This document shows, piece by piece, positions 8,116 to 15,726 of a stretch of 25,922 nucleotides of DNA (positions are counted from its first letter, which is position 1; every line of letters begins with the position of its first letter). The position numbers and the translations under genes were made by a program. Under the pieces are notes generated by a model. It worked only from the letters and a program-made list of their open reading frames with translations, did not search any database and was not told the origin of the DNA. Source of the stretch: a virus (taxonomy: Duplodnaviria; Caudoviricetes); the IMG/VR virus record IMGVR_UViG_3300032282_004584, positions 1 to 25,922 of that record; one strand, written 5' to 3'.

Positions 8116-8787
8116 TTATTTATATTCTATCCATTCTCTATTTGCTGAATGGGCGTGGTATTGAGTTTTTTGATAAGTTACTCCATATTCTACATTTGGA
8201 ACTATGTCTTCTCTTATAAAAAACATGTTTGTTGTTGCGATTTGATGAACCAAAGTATATCCAAACTTATTTCCTAAAACTTTAAAAGCTTCAAAACTGC
8301 CTCCATAATAATCATTTTCTCCCCAAGTATGAGTAGGATTGTATTTTATTACTTTATTTTCTCCATTATCTATACAACCATTAAATTCATTTATGATAAC
8401 TCTTGGTTTATATTCTTTAAGTATATTTTCTAAAACCCAAACGTCATTTCCATCTATATCTATAGAAAGTAAATCAAATTCAGTTGGTACTTTATATTTT
8501 TTAAAAAGATCGCAAATATTTTCTGCGGTAATAAATTCTTCTTTGATTAAAGGATTCCCATCACTTTTTCCATCCATTAAAAGCGCTTTCCAGCCTTTTT
8601 CTAAAAGGTATTTACTATTACTTAGTCCTAAATTGAGAGAACTTGCTCCAAAATCTACTAAGTATTTATTTGTTACACCTATGTTTTGAAAAATATAATC
8701 AAATATAGCTTCTTCTCCAAATTGAGCGTAAATTTTTGTGGGTTTAATATTCTTAATATTTAAAACCCAATCTAATTGTCTATTCAT
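8116..8787 (-). CDS. FkbM-like methyltransferase
   Basis: YAQFGEEAIFDYIF, VDFGA, FITAENI, FDLLSIDIDGND, PRVIINEFN and NMFF. Confidence 0.75.
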   Translation of the reverse strand: MNRQLDWVLNIKNIKPTKIYAQFGEEAIFDYIFQNIGVTNKYLVDFGASSLNLGLSNSKYLLEKGWKALLMDGKSDGNPLIKEEFITAENICDLFKKYKVPTEFDLLSIDIDGNDVWVLENILKEYKPRVIINEFNGCIDNGENKVIKYNPTHTWGENDYYGGSFEAFKVLGNKFGYTLVHQIATTNMFFIREDIVPNVEYGVTYQKTQYHAHSANREWIEYK

Positions 8788-9715
8788 ATATTATTTTTTT
8801 TAAATTTTGAGCAAAATTATCCCAAGTGTAATTATTTATTACTTTATTATAACCATTATTAGCTATTATTTTTCTTTCTTCTTCGTTAATTAGATAGTGA
8901 TTTATTTTGTCTATTAAATCATCAAAATTTTTCCAAATAACTAAATCTTTTCCGTCGGTAAAATCTTTTTCTATTTCTGGATAATAATGAGTAAGACAAA
9001 AAGCTCCACTTCCTAATATTCTATAAAGCCTATCAGAACTATATCTTTTATATTCAAAATGACTTAAATTTATAGCTATTTTTGAAGAACGATATGCTTT
9101 TCCTTCTTCATGATAATTATCTATATTTCCATCAGCGAAACCATTCCAAAAATTTCCATACAAACCAAAATAATTCCCGAATCTATTTTTTAAAATTTTA
9201 ACCATTTCATTTCTATAATTGGTTAAAGGAAAATTTATAATATTAGAATAATTACTTCCTAAAAAAAGTATAGGTTGATATTTTATATTTGTTTCTCCAC
9301 GAGGAGTAAAATTAGTAGAGTCATATCCTACTTGTAAATAATCTGCTTTTACTCCATTTTGTAAACAAGTTTCTACATCATTCATATTTGTAAATAGCGT
9401 ACTATGTATAATTTTACCTATTTGTAAATAATGAGTCGGCAAAGGGTATCTTACGTCTCCTGTCCAATTTACAACTATTGAGTTATTTGCCATGTATTCA
9501 ATTGTTGAAATATCTAAAACTTCTCCACTTTGTAAATGCATAAACACAAAATCAGGTTTAAAACAATTAAACTCATTTAATAAATTAGTTTGTAACAAAG
9601 AAGATTTGGATTGATAAGTTGTCCAATCAAAATGAATACAATTAAATTCTAAATTTAAAGCTCTTTGCAAATCTACATTAGATTTACCCATCATAACATG
9701 TAATAACTTTTTCAT
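8780..9715 (-). CDS. CgeB-like (Glyco_trans_1_2) GT-B glycosyltransferase
   Basis: NWTGD, ILFLGS, YRSSKIAINLS, SSDRLYRILGSGAFCLT and IANNGYNKV..YTW. Confidence 0.82.
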   Translation of the reverse strand: MKKLLHVMMGKSNVDLQRALNLEFNCIHFDWTTYQSKSSLLQTNLLNEFNCFKPDFVFMHLQSGEVLDISTIEYMANNSIVVNWTGDVRYPLPTHYLQIGKIIHSTLFTNMNDVETCLQNGVKADYLQVGYDSTNFTPRGETNIKYQPILFLGSNYSNIINFPLTNYRNEMVKILKNRFGNYFGLYGNFWNGFADGNIDNYHEEGKAYRSSKIAINLSHFEYKRYSSDRLYRILGSGAFCLTHYYPEIEKDFTDGKDLVIWKNFDDLIDKINHYLINEEERKIIANNGYNKVINNYTWDNFAQNLKKIIYE

Positions 9716-10344
9716 TCTGTTGGATTTACTAGTTTATAAGGAGGTGGAATAGTTTCTTTTGCTTTTCCTAAATTGTTAATATAATTTCTAATATTGCTTT
9801 CGTGTAAATGTAATGTTTTAAGAGTTTTAGATGGGTTTATAACATTATAGCCATTAGATTCTAATAGATAAGCTATTGAATTGTCGCATCCAGCAACGCC
9901 TAAAGTAAAATCTGCTCCATTTATTTTAGGTACTTCTCCCATAAATATCCACGTGTCTTGAGAATCACTTCTATTAAAGTGTATTGATGTTTTATTTATT
10001 AAATCCCATCTTGATAACGCTAAACACGTTTTATTGTTTAAATAAGTTTTAGCTTTATTTATAGTTTCTTCTGGTAGAATTATATCTAAATTAGCTATGA
10101 TGTTAATATCTTCTTTTTTTGTTAAAGCAAAATAGTCGTTATAAGTTGGTCTTTTATTTGTTATTATTTGGGTAACTTTATAAAAATTAAGTTTTGAACT
10201 AATATTTTCAAAATCTTTTTCTTCACAAAACATTATTATTTTATCTATACTTGGATTGTTTAAATTTTCTATGAAGCAAGTTTCAAGTTCTAAATTTCTT
10301 GATTCATTTTTATCTATATAAAAGTTAACTAAAAGATTATTCAT
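9712..10344 (-). CDS. Putative GT-A-fold glycosyltransferase-like protein
   Basis: IIANLDI, ALSRWD, SQDTWIF, GVAGCDN and HLH motifs are typical of virus-associated GT-like proteins. Start at 10344 (ATGA overlap) is preferred over 10362. Confidence 0.55.
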   Translation of the reverse strand: MNNLLVNFYIDKNESRNLELETCFIENLNNPSIDKIIMFCEEKDFENISSKLNFYKVTQIITNKRPTYNDYFALTKKEDINIIANLDIILPEETINKAKTYLNNKTCLALSRWDLINKTSIHFNRSDSQDTWIFMGEVPKINGADFTLGVAGCDNSIAYLLESNGYNVINPSKTLKTLHLHESNIRNYINNLGKAKETIPPPYKLVNPTE

Positions 10345-10961
10345 AGTGGAATGTATTGACAAATTTTACTTTCATTGTATTTTTGAATATTTTTTGAAAC
10401 TATTTCATTTCTTTCATTTGAATTTATACTTGATTTATGCTTTGAGTTAGAGTAATCTAAAGCGTATAAATATTCTTCAGTTCCTATAAGCATTGGATAA
10501 TCTCCTTTTTTACCAATTATTCTATTAGTATAATCTACGTGCTCAAATCCATATATTCCAAAACTTTCGTCAAATGCTCCAACTCTATCTATAGCAGATT
10601 TTTTCATGAATAAAAATACTCCACCGCAATTATTATAAACTTCAATATTTTTAACAGTTTCTTTGTAAGAGTGTAAATTTTTAGACAAAAATAATAAATG
10701 TTCTTGGTTAGAACTTATAAAAAAATCTATCCAATTATCTTTTATAGGAAAGCAATCATCGTCAAATAAAAAAACATATTCACAATCTTTAAGATTTCTA
10801 AGGCATTCATTTTTTCTATAAGCTACTCCTTTTCTTTCTGAATCAAAATCAACAGCTATATATAGTTTTACATTTTCCATATTTGTATGCTTTAAAATTT
10901 GTTCTTTAAATAACCGCAAACAATCTGGTCTATTATAAGTTGTACAACCTATTCCTATCAT
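10341..10961 (-). CDS. GT2 family glycosyltransferase
   Basis: TTYNRP, GVAYRKN, FLFDDD (DxD) and VGAFDESFGIYGFEHVDY. Confidence 0.82.
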   Translation of the reverse strand: MIGIGCTTYNRPDCLRLFKEQILKHTNMENVKLYIAVDFDSERKGVAYRKNECLRNLKDCEYVFLFDDDCFPIKDNWIDFFISSNQEHLLFLSKNLHSYKETVKNIEVYNNCGGVFLFMKKSAIDRVGAFDESFGIYGFEHVDYTNRIIGKKGDYPMLIGTEEYLYALDYSNSKHKSSINSNERNEIVSKNIQKYNESKICQYIPL

Positions 10962-11170
10962 GAATTATTTTCTTTTTCTTTATTTAAAATTTCTAACTCA
11001 ACCTCTACTTCTGCGATGAATTTTTCAAGTTCATTTTTTTGAGCCATTAACTCTCTAAACTTATTTCCATCCATGCCTTTTTTAAAAAACTTATCAATTA
11101 TTTGATATTCATCTTTTAGGCTTTTTAGTTCTTTTTCTAACTCTAAGATTTCTTTTTCTATTTCTTCCAT
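10958..11170 (-). CDS. Hypothetical coiled-coil protein
   Basis: 70-aa E/K/L-rich ORF with ATGA coupling to the next gene. Confidence 0.65.
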   Translation of the reverse strand: MEEIEKEILELEKELKSLKDEYQIIDKFFKKGMDGNKFRELMAQKNELEKFIAEVEVELEILNKEKENNS

Positions 11171-11171
11171 A

Positions 11172-11396
11172 TTATTTATGCTTTTTTGATTTTTTATATT
11201 CTTTTCTGTTTGCTTCGCTTTGTTTTTTTATAAAATTCATTTTTGAAATTTCTAAACTTCCAATTATGCTTTCGTAAGTTATATTATAGTCTTTTTCAAT
11301 AGTTTGTACTTTAAATACGTTTGAGTTCTTGCACACTATTATTTCTATTTTGTATAATTCTTTATTGTAATCTGCTTTTAATAGTTTGTTTTCCAT
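11172..11396 (-). CDS. Hypothetical protein (array member)
   Basis: 74-aa ORF preceded by the TAACCAATAAAAACAAATAA repeat. Confidence 0.7.
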   Translation of the reverse strand: MENKLLKADYNKELYKIEIIVCKNSNVFKVQTIEKDYNITYESIIGSLEISKMNFIKKQSEANRKEYKKSKKHK

Positions 11397-11398
11397 GC

Positions 11399-11782
11399 TT
11401 ATTTGTTTTTATTGGTTATTTTATAATACATCTTTACAGAAGATTTTGGGTAAAACTTAAATCCATTTTTTTTGTAAAATAAAACTGCTTTATCATAATC
11501 TTGCTTGGTAAAAAATTTGCTATGAATATATTTGTCTGTTGGTAAGTATAATTGAATTTCTGCAAATCCTTTAGTTTTTGCTATTGATTTTGCTTTATCA
11601 ATCAATTTACTTGCTTGACCTTTCCTTTGTTCATTTTTATCAGTACCTATATTTTGAATTTTAAAATAATACCCAATACAATAATCTAAAATCATTGTGC
11701 TTCCATTTAATTCATAATTAAGTAAGTAGCAATTTTTATTTAAGTAAATATATTTAGTTGTATTTTTTAAAATAATTTTCAT
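11399..11782 (-). CDS. GNAT family acetyltransferase
   Basis: QRKGQASKLI (acetyl-CoA binding motif A) and AVLFYKKNGF (motif B). Confidence 0.75.
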   Translation of the reverse strand: MKIILKNTTKYIYLNKNCYLLNYELNGSTMILDYCIGYYFKIQNIGTDKNEQRKGQASKLIDKAKSIAKTKGFAEIQLYLPTDKYIHSKFFTKQDYDKAVLFYKKNGFKFYPKSSVKMYYKITNKNK

Positions 11783-11783
11783 A

Positions 11784-12230
11784 TTATTTTTTATTATTGG
11801 TTAGTTTATAAATTCCAAGTTCGGTGTGTTTTTTGCTCACTTCAATCAAATATTTTTTCTTGACAATGAATAATTTAGTTGTTTTGTCGCAAGGTCTTTT
11901 TAACGCTTCAAAAATATTTGTATCAAACCAATCTGAACTTCCCGTATTAAACAAAATAACCTCATCTTTTTCTGGAGTTTCTATTAGTGCCAATTTATCA
12001 TCAATAAATTTATAATAATCTTTTACCATTTGAATTAAAATATTTGTGTTTTTTGGCTTTGATAAATATTCAGATATATTACCATCATTTTTAAGCAAAG
12101 TAATTTTATAGTCATATTTCTTTATTTTTGGCAAATTTATTTTTATTTGATTAAACACTTCCAAAATAAATTGTATATCTATTGTTTGTGTGTTTTCTTT
12201 CTTATCTTCAAAAATTAAAGTGTAGTTCAT
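11784..12230 (-). CDS. Hypothetical protein (array member)
   Basis: 148-aa ORF flanked by repeats, ending LTNNKK. Confidence 0.7.
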   Translation of the reverse strand: MNYTLIFEDKKENTQTIDIQFILEVFNQIKINLPKIKKYDYKITLLKNDGNISEYLSKPKNTNILIQMVKDYYKFIDDKLALIETPEKDEVILFNTGSSDWFDTNIFEALKRPCDKTTKLFIVKKKYLIEVSKKHTELGIYKLTNNKK

Positions 12231-12242
12231 ACTTATTTGTTT

Positions 12243-12521
12243 TTATGGGTTAGTATATTCAGCGTTTCTTCTCATAAATTCGTCTATAAATTCGTCTGCC
12301 AATTTTCCAAACTCCCTTGTGAATATGGGTATTTGCAATTCAGCACCATATTGATTTTTGCTACACAAAAAAACAACTTCTTTTCCATTTAAAAAAACCT
12401 CTTGGTCTTTCGAGAGTGGTATAATTGGTGTTTTGCTTATTGTTCTAATGTACGCTTTTGGGTTAAAGATTTCAATTTCTCTGCCAAAAACATTTATTGA
12501 GTACTCTCTTTTATTTTCCAT
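12243..12521 (-). CDS. Hypothetical protein (array member)
   Basis: 92-aa ORF flanked by repeats. Confidence 0.7.
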   Translation of the reverse strand: MENKREYSINVFGREIEIFNPKAYIRTISKTPIIPLSKDQEVFLNGKEVVFLCSKNQYGAELQIPIFTREFGKLADEFIDEFMRRNAEYTNP

Positions 12522-12540
12522 ACTTATTTGTTTTTATTGG

Positions 12541-12729
12541 TTAGTAATGTATGCCTTGTAGCTTTATATCGGTTATTTTCCCATAACTTTTAATTCCTAA
12601 TTCTTTCGCTATGGATAATGCTTTTTGGTCGTTTTCTGCAAAAAAAGAAAAACAAGTCATTGAGTTTTTAGGAGTTTCTCCTATTTCTTTTATTTCAATA
12701 CTGCCAAGTATTTCAATGTATATTTCCAT
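12541..12729 (-). CDS. Hypothetical protein (array member)
   Basis: 62-aa ORF whose stop is the first TAA of the repeat. Confidence 0.65.
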   Translation of the reverse strand: MEIYIEILGSIEIKEIGETPKNSMTCFSFFAENDQKALSIAKELGIKSYGKITDIKLQGIHY

Positions 12730-12731
12730 AA

Positions 12732-12926
12732 TTATTTGTTTTTATTGGTTATTAAAAAATTATTCATTATGTAATCTAATTGTTCATGCCAAACTTTTGT
12801 ATATTTTGTTCTTTCTAAATAATCCATTATTTCAAGTGCGTTAGCAACTTGTGTTTTGTGGTTTTCAAAATACGCTTTTCTTTCAGTATCAGACATTATG
12901 CTTATTGGACTAATTTTTTCTTCCAT
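12732..12926 (-). CDS. Hypothetical protein (array member)
   Basis: 64-aa ORF ending ITNKNK, which is encoded by the repeat. Confidence 0.65.
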   Translation of the reverse strand: MEEKISPISIMSDTERKAYFENHKTQVANALEIMDYLERTKYTKVWHEQLDYIMNNFLITNKNK

Positions 12927-12928
12927 AC

Positions 12929-13108
12929 TTATTTGTTATTATATTTTTTAAATTTCCAAACTCCTATAAGTCTTGGGTAATCTTCTTCTTTAATAGCTAA
13001 ACCGCACTTATGATAATCCGATTTAAACCACGCTCTCATCATTTCAATAGGTGCAGTAGAAACAAATTGTAGTCCATGTTTATACTTATAATGATAGTAA
13101 GCGTTCAT
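12929..13108 (-). CDS. Hypothetical protein (array member), 59 aa
   Basis: Hand translation MNAYYHYKYKHGLQFVSTAPIEMMRAWF...KKYNNK. It is preceded by the repeat. Confidence 0.65.
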   Translation of the reverse strand: MNAYYHYKYKHGLQFVSTAPIEMMRAWFKSDYHKCGLAIKEEDYPRLIGVWKFKKYNNK

Positions 13109-13110
13109 AC

Positions 13111-13272
13111 TTATTTGTTTTTATTGGTTAATACTTTTTGTTCTGCCATTTTTATTATTTCATCAATAACAAAAACTTGACTTCGCGTTAAATTAGGATT
13201 ATAACTTGCATTATTATCTGGAACAATTTGTTTTAATTCTTCTATAAATTCTTCTAAAATTTTTGTTTCCAT
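13111..13272 (-). CDS. Hypothetical protein (array member), 53 aa
   Basis: Hand translation METKILEEFIEELKQIVP...KVLTNKNK. It is flanked by repeats. Confidence 0.65.
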   Translation of the reverse strand: METKILEEFIEELKQIVPDNNASYNPNLTRSQVFVIDEIIKMAEQKVLTNKNK

Positions 13273-13370
13273 ATTTATTTTTTTTTATTGGTTAGTTATT
13301 TTATATTTGTAATCTCTTAACAAACGCTATTATTATAGCATAAAATAGGCTCATTTTTAATGGGTCTTTT

Positions 13371-13544
13371 TTATTTGTTTTTATTGGTTAGTATTTTTAA
13401 ATATTGAGACCTTTTGTCCATATTTAATATCCATTCCATAAGTTTTATTTCTGCTAAAAGTATTTCTTTATCTTTACCGTGACGATACTGTAAAATGCTA
13501 TTTAATTGATTTAGCTTAAGTTTTAATGCTCTTTCAGTTCTCAT
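13371..13544 (-). CDS. Hypothetical protein, 57 aa
   Basis: Hand translation MRTERALKLKLNQLNSILQYRHG...KILTNKNK. It ends in the repeat. Confidence 0.6.
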   Translation of the reverse strand: MRTERALKLKLNQLNSILQYRHGKDKEILLAEIKLMEWILNMDKRSQYLKILTNKNK

Positions 13545-13548
13545 ATTT

Positions 13549-13788
13549 TTAATTTTCTAAAGTTTCTATACATTTTTCTTCTAAAGCGTTCCAGTCAAAT
13601 CCTTCTTCGTCAAGCTTTTCTGTTATATCTAAAGAATCCCATTTAACATTATGTATTTCAAATTGAGCTTGTTCTGGCGGTTCTCCAGGGTCTCCATTTG
13701 ATTTATAAAATGAACCATATTTTTCTGGAAAAAATTTTCCTTCTACTTCAACTTCTACTTCAATATTTATTTTAACTTTTACTTTCAT
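13549..13788 (-). CDS. Hypothetical acidic phage protein
   Basis: 79-aa ORF with a GDPGEPPE motif and ATGA overlap with the exonuclease gene. Confidence 0.7.
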   Translation of the reverse strand: MKVKVKINIEVEVEVEGKFFPEKYGSFYKSNGDPGEPPEQAQFEIHNVKWDSLDITEKLDEEGFDWNALEEKCIETLEN

Positions 13789-14627
13789 AATATAGTTATT
13801 TTTTGCGATTGTTTATTTATTTCTAAAAATTCATTTAAGTTTCCTAATTCATAACACTCTTTAAGTATAACGAACTCATTATGTGAACACCAATAGTTAT
13901 TATCATAGCTCCATTTAAGTAAATCTAAAGCCATTCTATATTGTTGTTTTCCAAATTCTATCATTTCATCGTTCAAAGAATATAAAGCTATGTCGTAAGG
14001 AGCTTGTTTTTCTATAGCAGCAAAAACATAATGTTCTCTTTTTAATACATCACAATAATAAGCAGCAGATATAGAATATCCAAAAGAATAAACATTTCTT
14101 TTAAATTCTTTTGGGCTACTATCAATACAACTTTTAATATCTACTATAGCGCTTTTATTTTGAGGCAAAATATCTGGTCTTATTCTTAAATTTAGTCCTG
14201 TAATTTCGTCAACTTTATAACAAGATACTTCTCTATGGCTATTTTCTAAAAAAGACATGAAAGTTTCATTTTTAGTAGCGTTTTCTGCCATTTCTAAAAT
14301 CATGGACATTTCATTTTCTTCTATCAATCTTTTTCCTTGAGATTCTAATAAAAACTCATTATAAAGACTTTTACCTTCTTTTGTTCTTTTGTCTATTTTA
14401 GGTATTACAATGTAATTACTTTTAAATAAATGAGGTTCTAAAATCATTTCATGTAAAGCTGAACCTATAGCAAAATGTCTTTGCTCTTCTTTAACATTGC
14501 TCAGGTATTTATTCCAGTAATAATACTTAGGACTTTTTAAAAAACTTTTAATGTCTGAAGAGCTAATAAAATCTTTTTTAGACAAGTATTCTGGAAAGCT
14601 ATCTTTTATGTATTGTATTTCGTTCAT
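13785..14627 (-). CDS. RecE/exonuclease VIII-like PD-(D/E)XK nuclease (DUF3799-like)
   Basis: ISSSDIK..SP, IGSALHEMILEP, RIRPD, IVDIKS, YSISAAYY and FAAIEKQAPY. Start at 14627 (MNEIQ) is preferred because 14629-14678 is a duplicated promoter element. Confidence 0.85.
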   Translation of the reverse strand: MNEIQYIKDSFPEYLSKKDFISSSDIKSFLKSPKYYYWNKYLSNVKEEQRHFAIGSALHEMILEPHLFKSNYIVIPKIDKRTKEGKSLYNEFLLESQGKRLIEENEMSMILEMAENATKNETFMSFLENSHREVSCYKVDEITGLNLRIRPDILPQNKSAIVDIKSCIDSSPKEFKRNVYSFGYSISAAYYCDVLKREHYVFAAIEKQAPYDIALYSLNDEMIEFGKQQYRMALDLLKWSYDNNYWCSHNEFVILKECYELGNLNEFLEINKQSQKITIL

Positions 14628-14628
14628 G

Positions 14629-14686
14629 TTGCAAATATAATTAAATGTTACAAATGTACTACGATAAGTTATGAACAATTATTTGT
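14629..14686 (-). promoter_or_regulatory. Duplicated promoter element, copy 1 (TACATTTGTAACATTTAATTATATTTGCAA)
   Basis: 30-bp exact match to 19600-19629. It contains two TAnnTTTG boxes and ends 1 nt before the ATG. Confidence 0.8.
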
Positions 14687-14940
14687 TAATCTTCTTCTTC
14701 GTTTACTTTATTGTAAGATTTAGCTATAAAAACTTCTTCAACCGGTTTATTTAAAGCGTTAGATATTTTAAAAGCAATAGGTAAACTTATACATCTTCTT
14801 TTACCTAAAATTATTTTAGAGACAAAACTTGAGCTTAAATTAGTTAAGTCCGATAGTTCTTGTTGTGTCATTTCTATTTCTTCTAAAATTTTCCTAATAT
14901 TATTTCCGTGTATTTTTTCTTTAGGCTTTTTTACTTTCAT
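14686..14940 (-). CDS. XRE-family helix-turn-helix regulator
   Basis: MTQQELSDLTNLSSSFVSKIILGK..ISLPIAFKISNALNKPVEEVF. Confidence 0.88.
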   Translation of the reverse strand: MKVKKPKEKIHGNNIRKILEEIEMTQQELSDLTNLSSSFVSKIILGKRRCISLPIAFKISNALNKPVEEVFIAKSYNKVNEEED

Positions 14941-15157
14941 AGTTCTTAAATTTATAGTTTGGACAAATGTAATTTTGATTTAATATTAACGAGTCTTCTT
15001 GTTCTTCGTGATATATTAAACCTTTAACTGAAGCTGTAGAAACTATATCTTTTTTTATATAACTTTCTGCGCTTTCAAAATCTAAAAATTCTTTTCTTTG
15101 AACAGTAACTTCAAAGTCACAATCAAAGCCTCTAACTATTATTGTTGTTTTTTTCAT
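14921..15157 (-). CDS. Hypothetical protein
   Basis: 78-aa ORF overlapping its neighbours. It contains a TACATTTG box (14964-14971) upstream of the HTH gene. Confidence 0.6.
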   Translation of the reverse strand: MKKTTIIVRGFDCDFEVTVQRKEFLDFESAESYIKKDIVSTASVKGLIYHEEQEDSLILNQNYICPNYKFKNYESKKA

Positions 15158-15725
15158 CTTGTTTTATTTTTTCTAATACACACATTTTTTTATTATTATG
15201 CTCTATTACTTTTGTTTCATGGTTATATAATACTTCTTCTCCTATAATATCTATTATTTTTAAATACCTTAAGTCTTTTTCATTAAAGTTAACAAATATT
15301 ATAGCTTTATTATTTTTTACTTTTATACTTTTAAAGTCATTTAGTGGTATATAGTAATAGTCTTTGTTTAAGTCTATATTTGTATTTAACTCTATTTTTT
15401 TATTATCTATAATTGACTGGATTTCATTTACTTCATTTTTAAAATCTTTATCGAACTCAATATAATTTGTGAACTTTTTTTCAACATGAACTACTGTAGA
15501 ATGGTCGCAATTGAATATATTACCTATTTGAACTAATGGTAAATTAGTATTTTTTTTAACCATATATATAGCCATGTGTCTTGGCTTTACACTTTCTATA
15601 TTTCTTTTTTTAGAATTAAAAATGCTACTATCTACTTCATAATAAGCGCCTATCAAAGACTTAATATAGTCTACTGTTTTGTTATTTGTATTTTTTACAA
15701 ATTCTCTTTCTGTTTCTGAAATCAT
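15132..15725 (-). CDS. DnaA domain IV (Bac_DnaA_C-like HTH) protein
   Basis: SKKRNIESVKPRHMAIYMVKKNTNLPLVQIGNIFNCDHSTVVH matches the DnaA C-terminal signature. No AAA+ domain is present. Confidence 0.8.
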   Translation of the reverse strand: MISETEREFVKNTNNKTVDYIKSLIGAYYEVDSSIFNSKKRNIESVKPRHMAIYMVKKNTNLPLVQIGNIFNCDHSTVVHVEKKFTNYIEFDKDFKNEVNEIQSIIDNKKIELNTNIDLNKDYYYIPLNDFKSIKVKNNKAIIFVNFNEKDLRYLKIIDIIGEEVLYNHETKVIEHNNKKMCVLEKIKQDEKNNNNS

Positions 15726-15726
15726 T

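Larger units (their letters stand above)
11397..13390 (-). repeat. Dispersed ~22-bp direct repeat TAACCAATAAAAACAAATAA(GT)ATG at junctions of small ORFs
   Basis: Copies at ~11397-11418, 11783-11803, 12231-12252, 12522-12543, 12730-12751, 12927-12938 (partial), 13109-13130, 13273-13294 and 13371-13390, plus a variant at 25446-25467. Confidence 0.9.

Noticed and set aside
11397-13390. 22-bp repeats as a CRISPR array or integron attC sites
   Set aside because: The intervening segments are mostly 160-450-bp intact ORFs of variable length. The repeat is non-palindromic, and no cas or integron integrase gene is present in the window.
14628-14678. N-terminal extension MFITYRSTFVTFNYICN of the exonuclease in the ORF track
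   Set aside because: It is the translation of the duplicated promoter element. The real start is most likely 14627.
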